Shown: one piece after another, positions 50,043-62,783 of the stretch
Position numbering within the stretch: the stretch's first letter is position 1
How the letters are laid out: every line of letters starts with the position of its first letter
Origin: Vicugna vicugna
Taxonomy: Eukaryota
DNA length: 64,000 nt
Direction: 5' to 3'
Assembly (NCBI GenBank): GCA_013265495.1
Contig: MU061560.1
Span: forward strand, 372,001-436,000
The notes under the pieces: generated by a model
Databases searched by the model: none
What the model was told of the DNA's origin: nothing
What the model saw: only the letters and a program-made list of their open reading frames with translations
Position numbers and translations under genes: made by a program

Positions 50043-51224
50043 AGTGTGTACTGTAATTGCCATTGGCCCCAGGCCGTTTTGAAGGTGTCTGATAGCATTA
50101 CTGTCTCAAGCCTCCTGGACAGATACTCATGTTATTTAAGTGAGTAGAATCAGCAGATTACACATTAGCAGATATTTTTCATTGCTCCTAAAATCTTACA
50201 AAGTGAAATTATATTAACATGTCATATGAACTCCCTGTTACCCTTTTGGGTGTTTTGCATCTGGCCAGCATCTTTTCATTTTCAGTAAAAGTGAGATATC
50301 TTTTCTAGACACACAATCCAACTAATGCAAATTATTTCACTGTATCATCCTACGTGCAACGTACACGTTGTGTATTCCACCTGCACACCCGTGGTCAGCT
50401 TGAAAATTAGTTTTCACAGTGTTATTACTCTCTATTGTTGCAGGTAGGAATATGTCCTTGATTCAGTTCTTCTCATCGTAGGAAACATTAAATTCTCACT
50501 TGCTTTATAGAAATGGTCTGGGAATATGTAGTGTCTAGTAAAGCTGCACTTCTGTAAGTCGCGCTCGGTATAACAGTAGTAACCCCTAGGTCGTCCAACT
50601 TGAAAAAGGAAAAAAAAATCTGCTCTTAAAATAATGTTGAAAACTCTACTTTATTTATGTTGGCCTTCACTCAGCAGATTTTTTAAATAAGCCTGGTTGT
50701 AATCTTTTCACTGCTCATGGCAAATGAAACGCCACAGTTTAGGAAAGGCGTGAGAATGGGTGGGGGTGGGGGGAGTGGCTTCAGGAGTGTGTCTAGACAC
50801 GACAGCGGAAATTGTCTGACAATCTGATGTCGAGATTAGAAAAAACTTATGACAGTGCCACACAGTACTTCAGTGATGGATATTCACAGTTATATCCTTG
50901 TCATCAAGAAGTGTCAAGTAACATTCAGTGTTGTAGAAAGCGAGATAGCGCGTAATTTCCTAGCAATTTCAGCTGAGAGCACCAGACCAGGCGTATAGTG
51001 TCACGTAGTGGAAATAGTGTGCTGACCGTCACATCACGACCAGGCTGCTTTTTTGTTCGGTTTCCATTGGCCCTATCTCGTATCTTTGTGAGGTCAAAAG
51101 AAACTGTCTAGTTAAAGGGTCTTAAAATTCTCCACAGATGAAAGTGGTTGGTAGAAACAAAGGAGTTTTCTTTGTTGACACTGATTATGATGAAGACGAC
51201 TGTCAGTCAGGCGTTTGGTTAGCG

Positions 51225-51409
51225 CAGGCGGTCTCGAGTCGGCACTGCTGCCGCTTGGAGCTGGATGGCTCTTGGCTGTGGGGCCGTGGCCTGTGCGCTG
51301 TGGGGCGTTCAGCAGCATCCTCGCCTTTACTCACTAGACACCAGCAGCGCTAGACGTTGCCAGATATCCCTTGAGAGCCAAAAAAATTGCCACAGGTTGA
51401 GAACCACTG
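51225..51409 (-). mobile_element. MER20 hAT-Charlie MITE
   Basis: It ends ggttgagaaccactg and contains tcagcagcatcctcgcctttactcactagacaccagcagc. The 8-bp near-TSD is ggttagcg / agttagtg. Confidence 0.78.
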
Positions 51410-54400
51410 AGTTAGTGTAAATGCATTTAAGCTTGATATGAATTTATATTTAAATATAATTTAAATTTAAATTAGATATGAACCAAAATGCATTGTTGAT
51501 ATCCTTTTAGCTGTTTGGGGAACGTTCAGTTACCGTCATCCCTGGTTGGCCATTCGGTGCATTCTGCTCTCACTTTTTTATTGCTGCAGAATGGAGGAGA
51601 ACTTGTTTCTCATGGTCCATATGGTGACTTTGAACTAGGGAGAAAGATTTCGCAGACTCGCAGGGAAGTATGCATCGTTGCTTTAGCTTCACATTGTAGA
51701 AGCTTCTAGACTTTTTGGGGGGCCACATAATTCCCAGCAGAGTGCCAAGCGCTGGTTGCAGAGGGGAGTGTTTGCGCCCTGTCTGGTTTGTCCCTGGTGC
51801 CCCCAAAGGGCTGGCGCTCTTGAGTGCAGTCTGTCTGGGTTTGCAGAACTGCGTGAACACAGTGAGGCGGGGGGAGCTTGGGAGAATCCACTAGGGGGAT
51901 GAACGTCGCCAGCCGTTGCCGCCCCGACTAGAGAGGGCGCGGCGGCCCTGGCTTCTCACAGACTCCTCTTACTCCTCGTTCCGTTAGGCGTTTGATCGTT
52001 TTCATACTGGTTTTGCAGGGGTGTGAACCAGGCCAGAGGATGGGCAGAAGCAGCAGAGGAGGCTGGGGCTACGGGGATGCTTTGAGAGAGTTCTGCGTCG
52101 GCCCAGGAGTGAGGACCGAGTGTGGGAGGTGCCTGGGAGCTCAGAGGAGATTGGAGGGGTTGCTGTGCAGGGGACGTTTCACTCATTCTTGTGCTGAGGC
52201 CTTCCACGTGCCAGGCCCTGAGCAGAGAGCTTTATACACACGGCTTCATGGACTCCTCCCACCAGTTTGCTGAGGGCTGTAAGTTCTTGTCACACCTGGA
52301 AGGCAGATTTGCAGTCGGGAGATGGTGCGTTGTGGCGCGAAAGATTTTAAAAGATTTATTTAAAAGGGAATGAAAAGTATTACCCCCAAGAAAGAGAAGA
52401 AAAGAAGTGGCGGTTTTGTCTCTCCTTTCTCTTACACCCTCCCTTAGAGGTGGTCCCTTGACGGACGGCTCTTGTCCCTGGAGTGCTTAGTCATGTCTGG
52501 GCCCTTCGCACGTGTCCTTACCCGTGGTGCACACAGAAAACCCATGTGGGGGACCCTAAACCGCAGAGTTATATATAGTACAATGAATGTTGGTCATCTC
52601 CGATTAAGTCCTTTCTGCTACTGCACAGTCATGGCTGTCAGGTTTGAACCAGTATTTTTGTTTGTTTATTTTTTTGCTGGCACGCGTTTAGGAGAAGTAA
52701 AGCCCCTTTATGCTGGAGGTGGGTGTAACGCCATCTTCCAGACCCTCCTCCCTCTCCTCCACCCGTCTGCCTGGTGCCCCCACCTATCTAACTCCCTAAC
52801 ATTTACGTTTATTCCACAGACGAGGAAGCCAAGGCTTCACAAGGGTGGCCCACTTGCCCAAAGGCTCACAGCTACTGACTGGTAGAAACAGGACACAATC
52901 GGTCTGGTCCAGGTCTGGAGCCCACAGCCATAGCGGCATCATTCAGTTCAAACCCTGCTAGAAATTACATTCCTTGTTTGCTGGATTGAGAGGCAAAACA
53001 TAGTAGAAGCTTATCTTTTATCCTGATAAGACAAGTAGAAACGAAAGTACTTCGGACCACTGAGGAGGCAGGGTGCTCCCTGGCCTCCTGAGCGCCCGCG
53101 ACTCCTGGCAGGAGCCCGCTCTCTGCTTCCTTCCTCCCGGGGGTGCGCGTGGCTTCCTGGTCTGGGTCGGTAGCTTGTTAGTCCAGTGGATATTTAGGCA
53201 GATTGTTTTCACTTTTTAAAGATAGATATTTTTAAGGCTGGAAAGGTGACTACATGCCCTGTAGCTGTTGATTTATGGTAAGATAAATGTATAAATCGCC
53301 CAGACATAGCTCAGATCACTGTTCCTGCCCACTGCCATTTGCTTAAATAAATCTCTGGATCGCTCTTTTCTTAGAGGATGACTTCAGGTGATCCCAGTTG
53401 TTGAGCAATAGGCTAGTAGCCCTTGAGTTTTATAGGATGTTTAATGATAAATAAATTCCTGTCTCTGGTAGTTAAGCAAAGTCCACTGAACCATCAGCTC
53501 TGGGATCTGGTCGTAGTGGCTCAGCTCATTCCCATCCACAGCTATTCCTTAAAAAAGTTTTATCTTTTAAAGCTCTTGCTTGCAAGTTGTCACATTCCTC
53601 CAAAGTTTTCACTTTTCTTTATGATTAAGGAGTTTGTGAGAATCAGAATGTCAGGTCAAGAAAATCTCTTATTCTCGGAGAGCGCAGTGCTAATGGTGGT
53701 CAAAAGGCCAGATGGAAATGAACGATACAGGCTTCTAGTAGTTGAGTTTTTTGTGTTTGACTATGATAACAGTTTTGAGGAAGGAGAAGTATTTGAAAGG
53801 GCCTAAAACCAAACTAAAGTAATACATTGTGATTTTAAAAATTGACAGACTGATTGAAAAAAAAACAGCCGCTTTTTTGAGATAGAGTTCAGATACCAAG
53901 CAATTTACCCATTTAAAGTAGACAGGCTGACTTCTGAGATGGAAAAACTTTGTTTCAATACCATCCCATAGAAGTCTGAATTAGACAATGATTTTTGACC
54001 GAGGAACTTTTTTTCTCTTCGAAAGTGCTTAAGGTTTTGGCAGCCTTTAAGAAGACTGTCTGTCTCAAATTTGCAACCATTTAAACTTTCTACCAAATTG
54101 TGTAACACGCTGAGATGGTGACTGGTCATGTAAATAGAGGTGGTTGACTGCTGGAGTATCTTTCACACACGTTTAGCAAATTGAGCTAGAAGAGCAAGGG
54201 TCATTGATGAGTAAGCTCCCATGCAAATACGTACCTTCCTCCAACATTTACCAGTTGAAGACTTGGGTGTGTTCATAGCTGGCTGTGAAGGAATGCGAGG
54301 TGAGCAAAGTGTAAAGATGATTCACGCGTCCTTCCAGAAATGGGAAAGCCTGCACTTGGTGTAATCAGATTTGTTAGAAAAAGAAGTTGGTGCCTGATGA

Positions 54401-54485
54401 AGTTGTTAGTGAAACTTTGTCTAGTCCTTAGAAGGAAAAAAATCCTTTAAAAGGATATACAGTATTCATAATATGGCTCTTTAAA

Positions 54486-54809
54486 CAAATGAACTTATTT
54501 ACAAAACAGAAACAGACTCACAGATATAAAAAACAAGCGTATGGTTACCAGGGGGAAAAGGGGATGGGAAGGGATAAATTGGAAGTTCAAGATTAGCAGA
54601 CTAACTACTATATATAAAACAGATAAATAACAAGTTTCTACTGTATAGCACAAGAAAGTATACTCAATATCTTGTAGTCACCTATAATAAGAATATATGT
54701 ATGAATATGTATGACTGAAACATTATGCTGTACACCATAAATTGATACAACATTGTAAACTTACTATACATCAATAAAATAATTTAAAAATTTTAAGTGA
54801 AACAAAAAA
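54486..54809 (+). mobile_element. 5'-truncated L1 3'UTR insertion
   Basis: It reads acaaatgaacttatttacaaaacagaaacagactcacag...ctgtatagcaca...caataaaa, with a perfect 18-bp TSD ataatatggctctttaaa at 54468-54485 and 54810-54827. Confidence 0.92.
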
Positions 54810-54934
54810 ATAATATGGCTCTTTAAAAGTAAGTTTTTACATGCTTAATATTTGTAAAAGCAGCCTGTATTGAAACTTTCTTTTTAATTTGCTATTTCTG
54901 TGGTATAAAATAGGTATTTAGGAACTTTGATTTT

Positions 54935-55069
54935 TTAAATTATTTGATTTGGGGGGGGGAGGTAATTAGGTTTGTTTAGTTTTAGAGGAGGGACCGAGGT
55001 ACCAGGGGCTGAACCCAGGACCTCGTGCATGCTAAGCGTGCCCTCTGCCACCTGAGCTAGAGCTTCCCC
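54935..55069 (-). mobile_element. tRNA-derived SINE (Vic-type), antisense
   Basis: SINE body with TSD taggaa(c)tttgatttt at 54919-54934 and 55070-55084. Confidence 0.88.
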
Positions 55070-56077
55070 TAGGAATTTGATTTTATCTTAACATAATTCC
55101 TGCCCTTTGACCATTGCTTGGGAATGATGAGATTGCAGAATGAGGGCTGCCTGTGGTACAATGGCTCTTTATGTGGGTGAGAATTGAAGGAAGCAGCGTC
55201 TCATGCTGGAATATTGAATAAAATCTGTTGTTTCTGTGAGTGCTGAAATTCGCAGTTGAGAAATGTACTTACTGCATTCCGTTAATAGACCTTTATACAT
55301 TGGTTGTTTTGGAACTAAACTTACACATCTCATGTAAACAGTCATTTTGAGAATGAGGCCTAATTTGAGACTGGGCTATACTGTGAGTTGTCAATAAGAT
55401 ATATACTGTTTCCAGGAGTCTAAAATTTTATCTGTTAGACACAGATTCAAAACAGCTCCTGTACGGACTTCCTGCCTGTGGAACTTCCAATTTTTCGAGA
55501 GAAACCTCAAGGCTGGAATTTTATGTAAAATTTCTCAATAACTGCAACTAATTAAAAAAGGTTGCTTCGTCTTGTGCATGTGCACGCTGGCCCGGGCAGC
55601 GCAGGGCTCACCTCTGCCCTCAGTGGAAAGAACATGAATACCTGCTACACAGACTGGAAGTGGTCAGGCCTGGAGCGCACACAGGTGCCAAAGATCTGCA
55701 GCAGGGGCCACGAGGGGCGTCCACAGAGCAGGAGGGACACTGATCTGGGCTCTGAAGGTGGGACTTAGCCGTGGTCAGCGAGGGATGTGTGTCCTGCCCA
55801 GATGGAGAAAGCGCAGGGAGAAGATTGCTGTGAGTGTGGGTCGTTCAGCGGGCCACGAGTCTCAGGCCCTGGATATGTAAAGGATAAAGCAAAGCTCTTG
55901 CCGTGATCTGCATACGCCACCTCCCCAACTGAAGACAACAGCAAGAAAAAACAACCCTCCGCAGATGAACCACGCGCTTTTCTGTCATGGAGCCTCTACT
56001 TGCTCTGCTGTTCTGTAGGGAGTCACCCATTTTTCATCTGAGAAGTCACTGAATTGAAAAGAAAACCACACATCTTT

Positions 56078-56208
56078 TTTTTGCTTTATGAGAGGGAGGT
56101 AATTAGAGTTACTTATGTATTTCTATTTGGAGGAGGTAACGGGAATTGAACCCAGGACCTCATGCCTGCTAAGCATGTGCGCTACCACTTGAGCTATACC
56201 CTCTCTCT
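56078..56208 (-). mobile_element. tRNA-derived SINE (Vic-type), antisense
   Basis: It reads ggaggtaattag...gggaattgaacccaggacctcatgcctgctaagcatgtgcgctaccacttgagctataccc, with acatcttt repeated on both sides. Confidence 0.88.
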
Positions 56209-56984
56209 CAACATCTTTAAGTGAAGAAGATATTGGCTCAGTACTGGAAGAATTTAAGTCTTTTGTCCCTTAAACTTTGTTTTTCCTTGACTATACTTTC
56301 GTATTTTAGAATCGCCTTTATATTTCTCAGTGAGTAATTTCTGGGGTGTGGTTGGATGGCTCAGGTAAAGGCTATTAAAATGATTCTTTCACCTTCCCAG
56401 AGTTAAAGTTTATTATCCTTCCCTTTAAGCAATAGATTTCTGATTTAAGGTGACACCATTATGATATCTACACAGTTGTGTTGTATTAAATGAGACTGTC
56501 CTTCGAAGTACAAAAGAGAATCGGACACAACTAAGAATTACATGTACAGTGAATAGTCTGTACTTAGTCTCTGCATGTACATTCTAGTCTGGGTTGTCCA
56601 TTAACTTGCTCAGTGATGTGGCAAATCACTTACCTTGAACGACTTGCTTTGGTATTCACCTGTTAGATGTAACCTGGCTGAATACTTAATAGGGCAAGGT
56701 TTGGAGTACAGAGACAAAAATACTATTCTTCCTCTGAGCATACTGTGTCTGAGTTGTTCACCTTGCATCTTTACACATAACAGGCACTCAAATATTTTGT
56801 TGGTTAAAACTAATGTAGAAGAGAAATCTTTTTTTTTTTCCCTTCCGTATGGTGTTAGGAGAGGCAGGAGGTATATGTTTTCAGGGATTGTTTTTATGAG
56901 AATTTGTGTGGAAGAAAAAACCAAACCACTCATTAAGAGGGAAAAAACACAGATACAAGACAAAAAACTGGCAAAAAATGAGAA

Positions 56985-57417
56985 GTTTTCTTCATTTCTA
57001 TTTCTGATATTTTTGTTGTTCATGTATAGAAATTCAACAGATTTCTGCATGTTAATTTTGGATCTGGTAACTTTACCGATGTTATTGATGAGTTCTTGTA
57101 TTTTTTTGGTGATGTCTTATAGGATTTTCTATGTATAGTATCATGTCATCAGCAAACAGTAACAGTTTTACTTTTTTCTTTCCAGTCTGGATTCCTTTTA
57201 TTTCCTTATTCTTGTCTAATTGCTGTGGCTAAGACTTCCAGTATTATGTTGAATAAAAGCGGTGAGAGTAGGCGTCCTTGCCTTGTTCCTGATCTTAGAG
57301 GAAATGTTTTCAGCTTTTCACGGTTGAGATGATGTTAGCTGTGAGCTTGTCATACATGACCTGTATTATGTTGAGTTCTGTTCCCTCTATGCCCACTTTG
57401 TTAAGAGTTTTTATCAA
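56985..57417 (-). mobile_element. L1 ORF2 reverse-transcriptase fragment
   Basis: The reverse complement encodes [13 protein letters not shown] (RT catalytic motif), QKSVEFLY and [26 protein letters not shown]. Confidence 0.88.
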
Positions 57418-57439
57418 AGGTGCATGTGAGCAGCCTGAG

Positions 57440-57685
57440 GAAAAAGGATTCAGTACATATGGAGGAATAGACATAAGGATCTTTGCACCAGGCTTCTCCC
57501 CTGAAATGATGCAAACAAGAAAACAAAGAAGCAACAGCTTTAGTACTCAAAAACAAACAGAAAACTATAAACTTAGAATTCTATACCACTGAAAATATCT
57601 CCCAAAAATAAAGGTGAAATAGGAACATTTTAAACATTTTCAGACGTACAAAAGCCAAAAGAATTCATCACCAGGTGGACGGGCT
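57440..57685 (+). mobile_element. Old L1 ORF1 3' fragment
   Basis: It reads ggcttctcccctgaaatgatgcaaacaagaaaac...cttagaattctatacc..tgaaaatatctcccaaaaataaaggtgaaata, resembling the ORF1 C-terminal motifs DFS.ETM.AR and PRILYPAKISFKNEGEI. Confidence 0.6.
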
Positions 57686-57689
57686 TTCA

Positions 57690-58070
57690 GATACCCTATG
57701 TGATTGGACAGAGATGATCTGACTGTAAATAGGCAGACTTTAGCTGGGCCAGTCAGAGTATCTTTCAGGAACATGGAACCTGGACCATGAAAATCGCATA
57801 AATATATGAAATTAGGCCCTATGTGTGGTAAGCCAGGGAGGCTGAATAACACAAGGTTGTGAGCAGAGAAAGAATAGTCCGTGAAGTGAGACCTAGTGGT
57901 GAGGCCAGAAATCTCCCTTGGTTTCTGGAGCTCTTACAATTCCCCATTCTAATCTTTCCTGAGACTGAGTTACAGCCCTGCATTTGGTTTCTTTGTGAGA
58001 AACCATTTCATCTTTAGAATAAACTTAATCTTTTTAAGCTAGTCCTATATGTTCTTGGATACTTGTCGCC
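57690..58070 (+). mobile_element. Old ERVL-type LTR remnant (LTR16/LTR33-like)
   Basis: The 3' motif aataaacttaatctttttaagctagt...atacttgtcgcc and gggccagtcagagtatc resemble these families. The element is degraded. Confidence 0.45.
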
Positions 58071-58289
58071 CCCCCACCCCCCAAAAAAAGTCGCTTGCAA
58101 ATTTTCTTTCTTGTTTATTTTAGTGTAGATATGCTGAGGTTGTCACATCATGAGGATTTAGCATTTCTAGGCCCATTACCTTTGGATTATTCAAAATGTT
58201 TTCTCAGGGAACTTTAAGGCCTTGGATTTCTGTTGAGTTGTGGAGGAAAAATATGCTGTATCTTTTAAAGTTAGTTCCTTTTCTCATTA

Positions 58290-58702
58290 TGAAGGGGCAA
58301 AGCCCACCAGCAAGACATCCCAGGCAGGGCCATTGCCCTCCCGCTTTTGCACTTCTATAAAAGGGCTTGCTTCTAGGAAAACGAAACATACCCCAAAGAT
58401 TCCATTGGTTCCCAAAACCTCACTCCTGATTGGTCCATTTCTAACACCTTCTTTGCATTTACCCCTAAAATTCCATTGGTTCTTGAAAGCTCACTCCTGA
58501 TGGGTCCATTTCTACCACCTCATTTTGCATATGGCGCAAACTTAATAAAGACCTAAAACCCTGTAAAAGCCTGTGTAAGCCTGCAGTCAAGGTCCAGAGC
58601 TTGGAGTGTTAACTTCTCTAGGCCCTCCGGCATAATAAACCTGAGTTCTCCAACCCTCCGAGTGCTGCTTGGTCTCTCGACGGGATTCAGGTTTCTGTAA
58701 CA
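58290..58702 (+). mobile_element. ERV1-like solo LTR (copy A)
   Basis: It has TG...CA ends with a 4-bp TSD atta (58286-58289 / 58703-58706), repeated ATTGG boxes and AATAAA at 58634-58639. It is strongly similar to 62286-62779. Confidence 0.85.
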
Positions 58703-59618
58703 ATTATTTATAGTGCCCAGGCAGCCAGAAATTGCTGAAGAAATGAAGAAAACAGTGGCAAGTGGCTCTCAATGTTGGTGTAAGGGTTCAGGAACAGTTA
58801 GGGTTTATCTATGCAATTTTTGCTTTTCTAGTATTCTCTACAAAATACCCCTATGTTCTGACTATTATTAGATAGCATCTTTTATTTTGCTCTTTCATTG
58901 ATCACTAATCTTTTATAAGCCTTTTAAATCTTTGAATCACTAATATTTTAAAAACAGTACTAATGTGATAGATTCCAGCCTCTGAGTCCATAGCAAATGA
59001 TTCTTTTAAACAAAATTTTGATTCCTATTTGTCTGTATCTCTATAATTTTTTTTTTTTACTTTTATTTAGTTCAGCAAGATCCTAAGCATGCTTTTGACC
59101 AAGTATTTTGCTGGTAAATCTCTTAAATTGACTAGACACAGGTTTAGAATCTCAGACAATTCTTTTAATAGTTGCCTTTTTAAAAATTCCTCAGTGTTCT
59201 TGTTTCTAACAGCGAATCTTGTGATTCTTTGTATTTTTTCTTCCTTTCTGGGTGAAGTAACAAGAGTATTAAAGTCTTTTATGAAGGTTCTGGTGATCTA
59301 AATACTCTTTAGGGGTGCTTTGACCTACTTAGAATTCTTCTTTGTGTTGGAGAGCATGTTTATCCCCAGGGTAACTCTGCTACAGAATTGCCCCGTGTGA
59401 ATACATTGAAACTTCCCTCTTGCAAGGCCTTTTATTACACAAACACAATGAAGCAGCATGCTGCCAAAAAGAAGTGAGGAAGATTGCATTGTGCTTGACT
59501 TCCTTGCATTAAGAAGTTTTATTCATCCCGGTTCTGCAGACTGTTTAACAATAATATTTTGAATAAGGATTTTTGCAGCACAGTTGCTTGCATGTGCTCA
59601 TCCTCAATATGTTTGCTG

Positions 59619-60159
59619 TGTTAGCAGATAGAGACCCCTTAATTAGGAGGCCCACCGAAGTGTGGGTCCTTGCCACCAGCTGTGAAAGAATTTGGAGCAG
59701 AGGCAGCGGGACAAAGTGAAAAAGCTGCTTTATTTCTCAAAAGAGGGAAAGGGAAGAAAGGCGCTCAAGCGAGGAAAAGGAGCTTGAGTGGGGAGCTGTC
59801 AGCCAAGCTGGCCAGTCAAGACCACTCCAGCCCAGGTCAGGCCACGTGGACTTGTATGGGAGGCTTCCGGGTGTGTTGGAGCCAATCAGTCCTTGTACAG
59901 GCTCTTCCAGTTGTTGTCATAGCAATCATCAACTGCCATGGCGCTGGTGGGTGTGTCACTTAGCAGCTAATACATTACAGTGAGCAGATAATGAAGCTCA
60001 AGGCCCATGGGAAGTCACATCCTCCACCATCTTGGTTGGTTCTAATCGTTTTTTGTTTCTTCTCTTTGCAGCTGCCTCCTGAGACTTAGACGAGAGTAAT
60101 TGGTTTCTATTTGAGGGGGAGGCAAGGGTATGATCCTAGGGGCAACAGCCTTGATAACA
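59619..60159 (-). mobile_element. ERV1-like solo LTR (MER41-like motifs), antisense
   Basis: It has tgtta...taaca ends, a reversed poly(A) signal (tttatt ~59728) and the motifs aactgccatggcgctggtgggtgtgtc and caccatcttggtt. No clean TSD was seen. Confidence 0.7.
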
Positions 60160-62285
60160 CGCAGTTATAAACGAGAGGCAGGGTTTGGTGGGCACCACAC
60201 AGGGTTCTACTTAGTATCATGTTGAGAAACATCTTTATGCATTTTGTTTAATAGGACATTATACATATACAGAAAAATTTACTTTATACTTAGAGCTTTT
60301 TTTTTTTTAAGGCATATGGTACTATGCCTAAAATTGCCACTTTTAAGAGCACAGTAGTGAAATCCTCCTGGATATTTAAAAATAAACTATCAAGATAGTT
60401 GTATTTAACTTATAGTATATATTTTTAAACATATACAGTAAACTTTTAAAATGTTTGCACTTATTAATAATGGATTTTTGTGATTGACAGCAGAATATCT
60501 ATGTCATTCACTCTGTTTAGGATCAGGTCATTTGCAGTAAGTAGACTTTTCCCCCTAATCATTTTGTTTGTTTAAATGCAAGTAGATAGCTACCTAGAAA
60601 TTAGAAAAAAGAGTCACTTAAAATAATAAAATATTCAGGGCATATTCCTTTTGGTCATTTATCAGGATTTGAATTTGCAGAGAGGTGATGTTTGTGAATA
60701 CAGTGTGATGAATGGAGAGGTGTTTTTAAGTACCTTTGGCCTCTAGGAGGCAGCATGATCTAGTTTAAAATTTCTGGGTCCTGAACAAGGAAAGTTGGTC
60801 TTCTGTCATGTGAAGAACTTTCCTGTATGAAAATATTTGCCCTCTGAATCATAAAGTTACACTGGGAATGAATAAAATAACAGCTGGTAGTCAGAATCCT
60901 TCTCTAGAGAAGGAGATTTTGTGATTGTGCCATTCTCTTTGTGGATACTTGAAAAGGAAAAGGAATGACTGTGAGTGCCATGACAGTAGCTTAATGAGTG
61001 AGGAAGTAAAGGAATTAATACTTTTAGTGCATGGGTCCTTTTCCATTTGCAAACTGCAGTTCTCTTGTGTAAAACTGCTCTGTGAGCATTACTGACATGC
61101 ACAGTCAGTTCAGGGCTCTTTTATTTCTAGCTGGTGTTTTTGCTCAAGTACTATGTTAATCAAATTATATTTGAATTAGCAGACGTTATGGCTCTCCTAC
61201 GTTAGCAAATGTAGCTGTCCTGCAGCTATTATTAAAAGCAGTCTAATAATTGGTCAAAATTCAGGAGATATATTATGCCAGCTTCTTCATTGTAATTGGG
61301 TACTTTTGCATGTAATGCAAATGTACTCATGGCATGTGTTGTCATTGCTGGTTTAAGAACAGGGAGTGTGAATGTGTACGTGAGGACAATGTGTGAGCTT
61401 TAATCCATTGTGGTCTCTGTTTTCCTTCCTTTTCCTGTTTTCATGGCACCTGAATAATGGCTATTCAGTGACTTGGCTGAGAGTATTATGGTAAAAGGAT
61501 AATGCCCCGTGAGTCTCCTGGAATTTCCACTTTTAGGAGAATTTGTTTTGCTCAAAACTCAAAGGTAGATTCAGAAGTCAAAGGGACTGGTAGGAGAATT
61601 TATTTGTAGCCTTATTTGTAAGATGGATATTGTTACTGTCATCCATTTAATTTTGGATCTGTTTCAACCAAAACCTCATAAAGTTCAGTCATGCACTTTT
61701 ATCTTTGAATGTGCTTAATTAATTCAGGAAGAATTAACCAAAGTAATCAAAAGTTACACTGAAAGAGCCGATAAATGTTGAGGAAGATTAGAATGCTGTG
61801 TATTCTAAAGAAGTCCACAAGTTTGTTTTCCACAAAGGGATGCATCCTTTAAAATGGAAGTCTCTGTGGAAAAATAATCTGACATTTTCTTGTTTGTATA
61901 GTCTGAGACTTCGCCTCCCTTTTGTGTTTGAGACACAAAGGCCTTCAGTCAGCTAATGAGCCGGGCTTCTTTTGCTTTACAAAATAAATAAATAAATGTT
62001 CAGTGTTTCTACATTGACAGGGTGATATTTGGGACAAAATGGAAGTGGAGCTTGTATAACCTATTCTGAATTCTGTAATGAGCAGGCATGTACTTGATGA
62101 AGGAATTCAGTTATTTGTAAACCTTAAGATTTTAAAAAAGCAAAACAGGACTTCTCCCCTTTTCATGTATTCTACATTGTTATCAGAAAGTTACTTTTAG
62201 CTGAACATGTAATTTCTATCAAGAAAAACTGTCATTTTAAAAAGTATTCTATTTCAGCATTGCTTATGGATTTTTTTGTTTGTTT

Positions 62286-62779
62286 TGGGGTGGGAAGCCC
62301 CATGAAAAAGATGGCAGGACCCCCAGGCAGGGCCACTACTCTCCTGCCAGCACCACTTTGTTCCCTGGCCCAGCGGCATTATCTCGCTTTTTAACTCTGA
62401 AATGGCTTACTTCTAGGAAAGTGGAACTTATTGGTTCCCTGAGCTGACTCCTGTTTGGTCCATTTGTAGTGCCTCATTTTATGGAGCTAACTCCTGATTG
62501 GTCCGTTTGTATCACTCCTGATTGGTCCATTTCTACAAAACTCGTTCCTAATTAGTCAACTTTGTTACACCTTATTTGCATATGATGTTGCAAAGTGTAG
62601 ACTGGCAGCCTATAAAAGCCTGTGTAAACCTACAGACGGGGTCCAGAGCTTGGAGTGTTAACTCCTCTGGGCCTGCTGGCGTAATAAACCTGAGTTCTCC
62701 AGCCCTCCGAGTGCTGCTTGGTTTCTCACCTGGATCCAGGTTGCTGTCACAACTGAGCTGTAACACACTTTGCTGCAAA
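62286..62779 (+). mobile_element. ERV1-like solo LTR (copy B)
   Basis: It has a probable TSD gttt (62282-62285 / 62780-62783), TATAAAA at 62611-62617 and AATAAA at 62683-62688. It shares ggtccagagcttggagtgttaac...taataaacctgagttctcca.ccctccgagtgctgcttgg with copy A. Confidence 0.85.
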
Positions 62780-62783
62780 GTTT

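Noticed and set aside
58390..58415. TPKIPLVP peptide resembling the recalled FGD4 exon 2 (CPKIALVP)
   Set aside because: It lies inside an LTR CCAAT repeat, has no suitable acceptor, and the flanking residues do not match. The similarity is coincidental.
58290..62779. Single provirus bounded by two LTRs
   Set aside because: The LTRs differ in length and sequence and each has its own apparent TSD. The 3.6-kb interval has no PBS, gag or pol signature.
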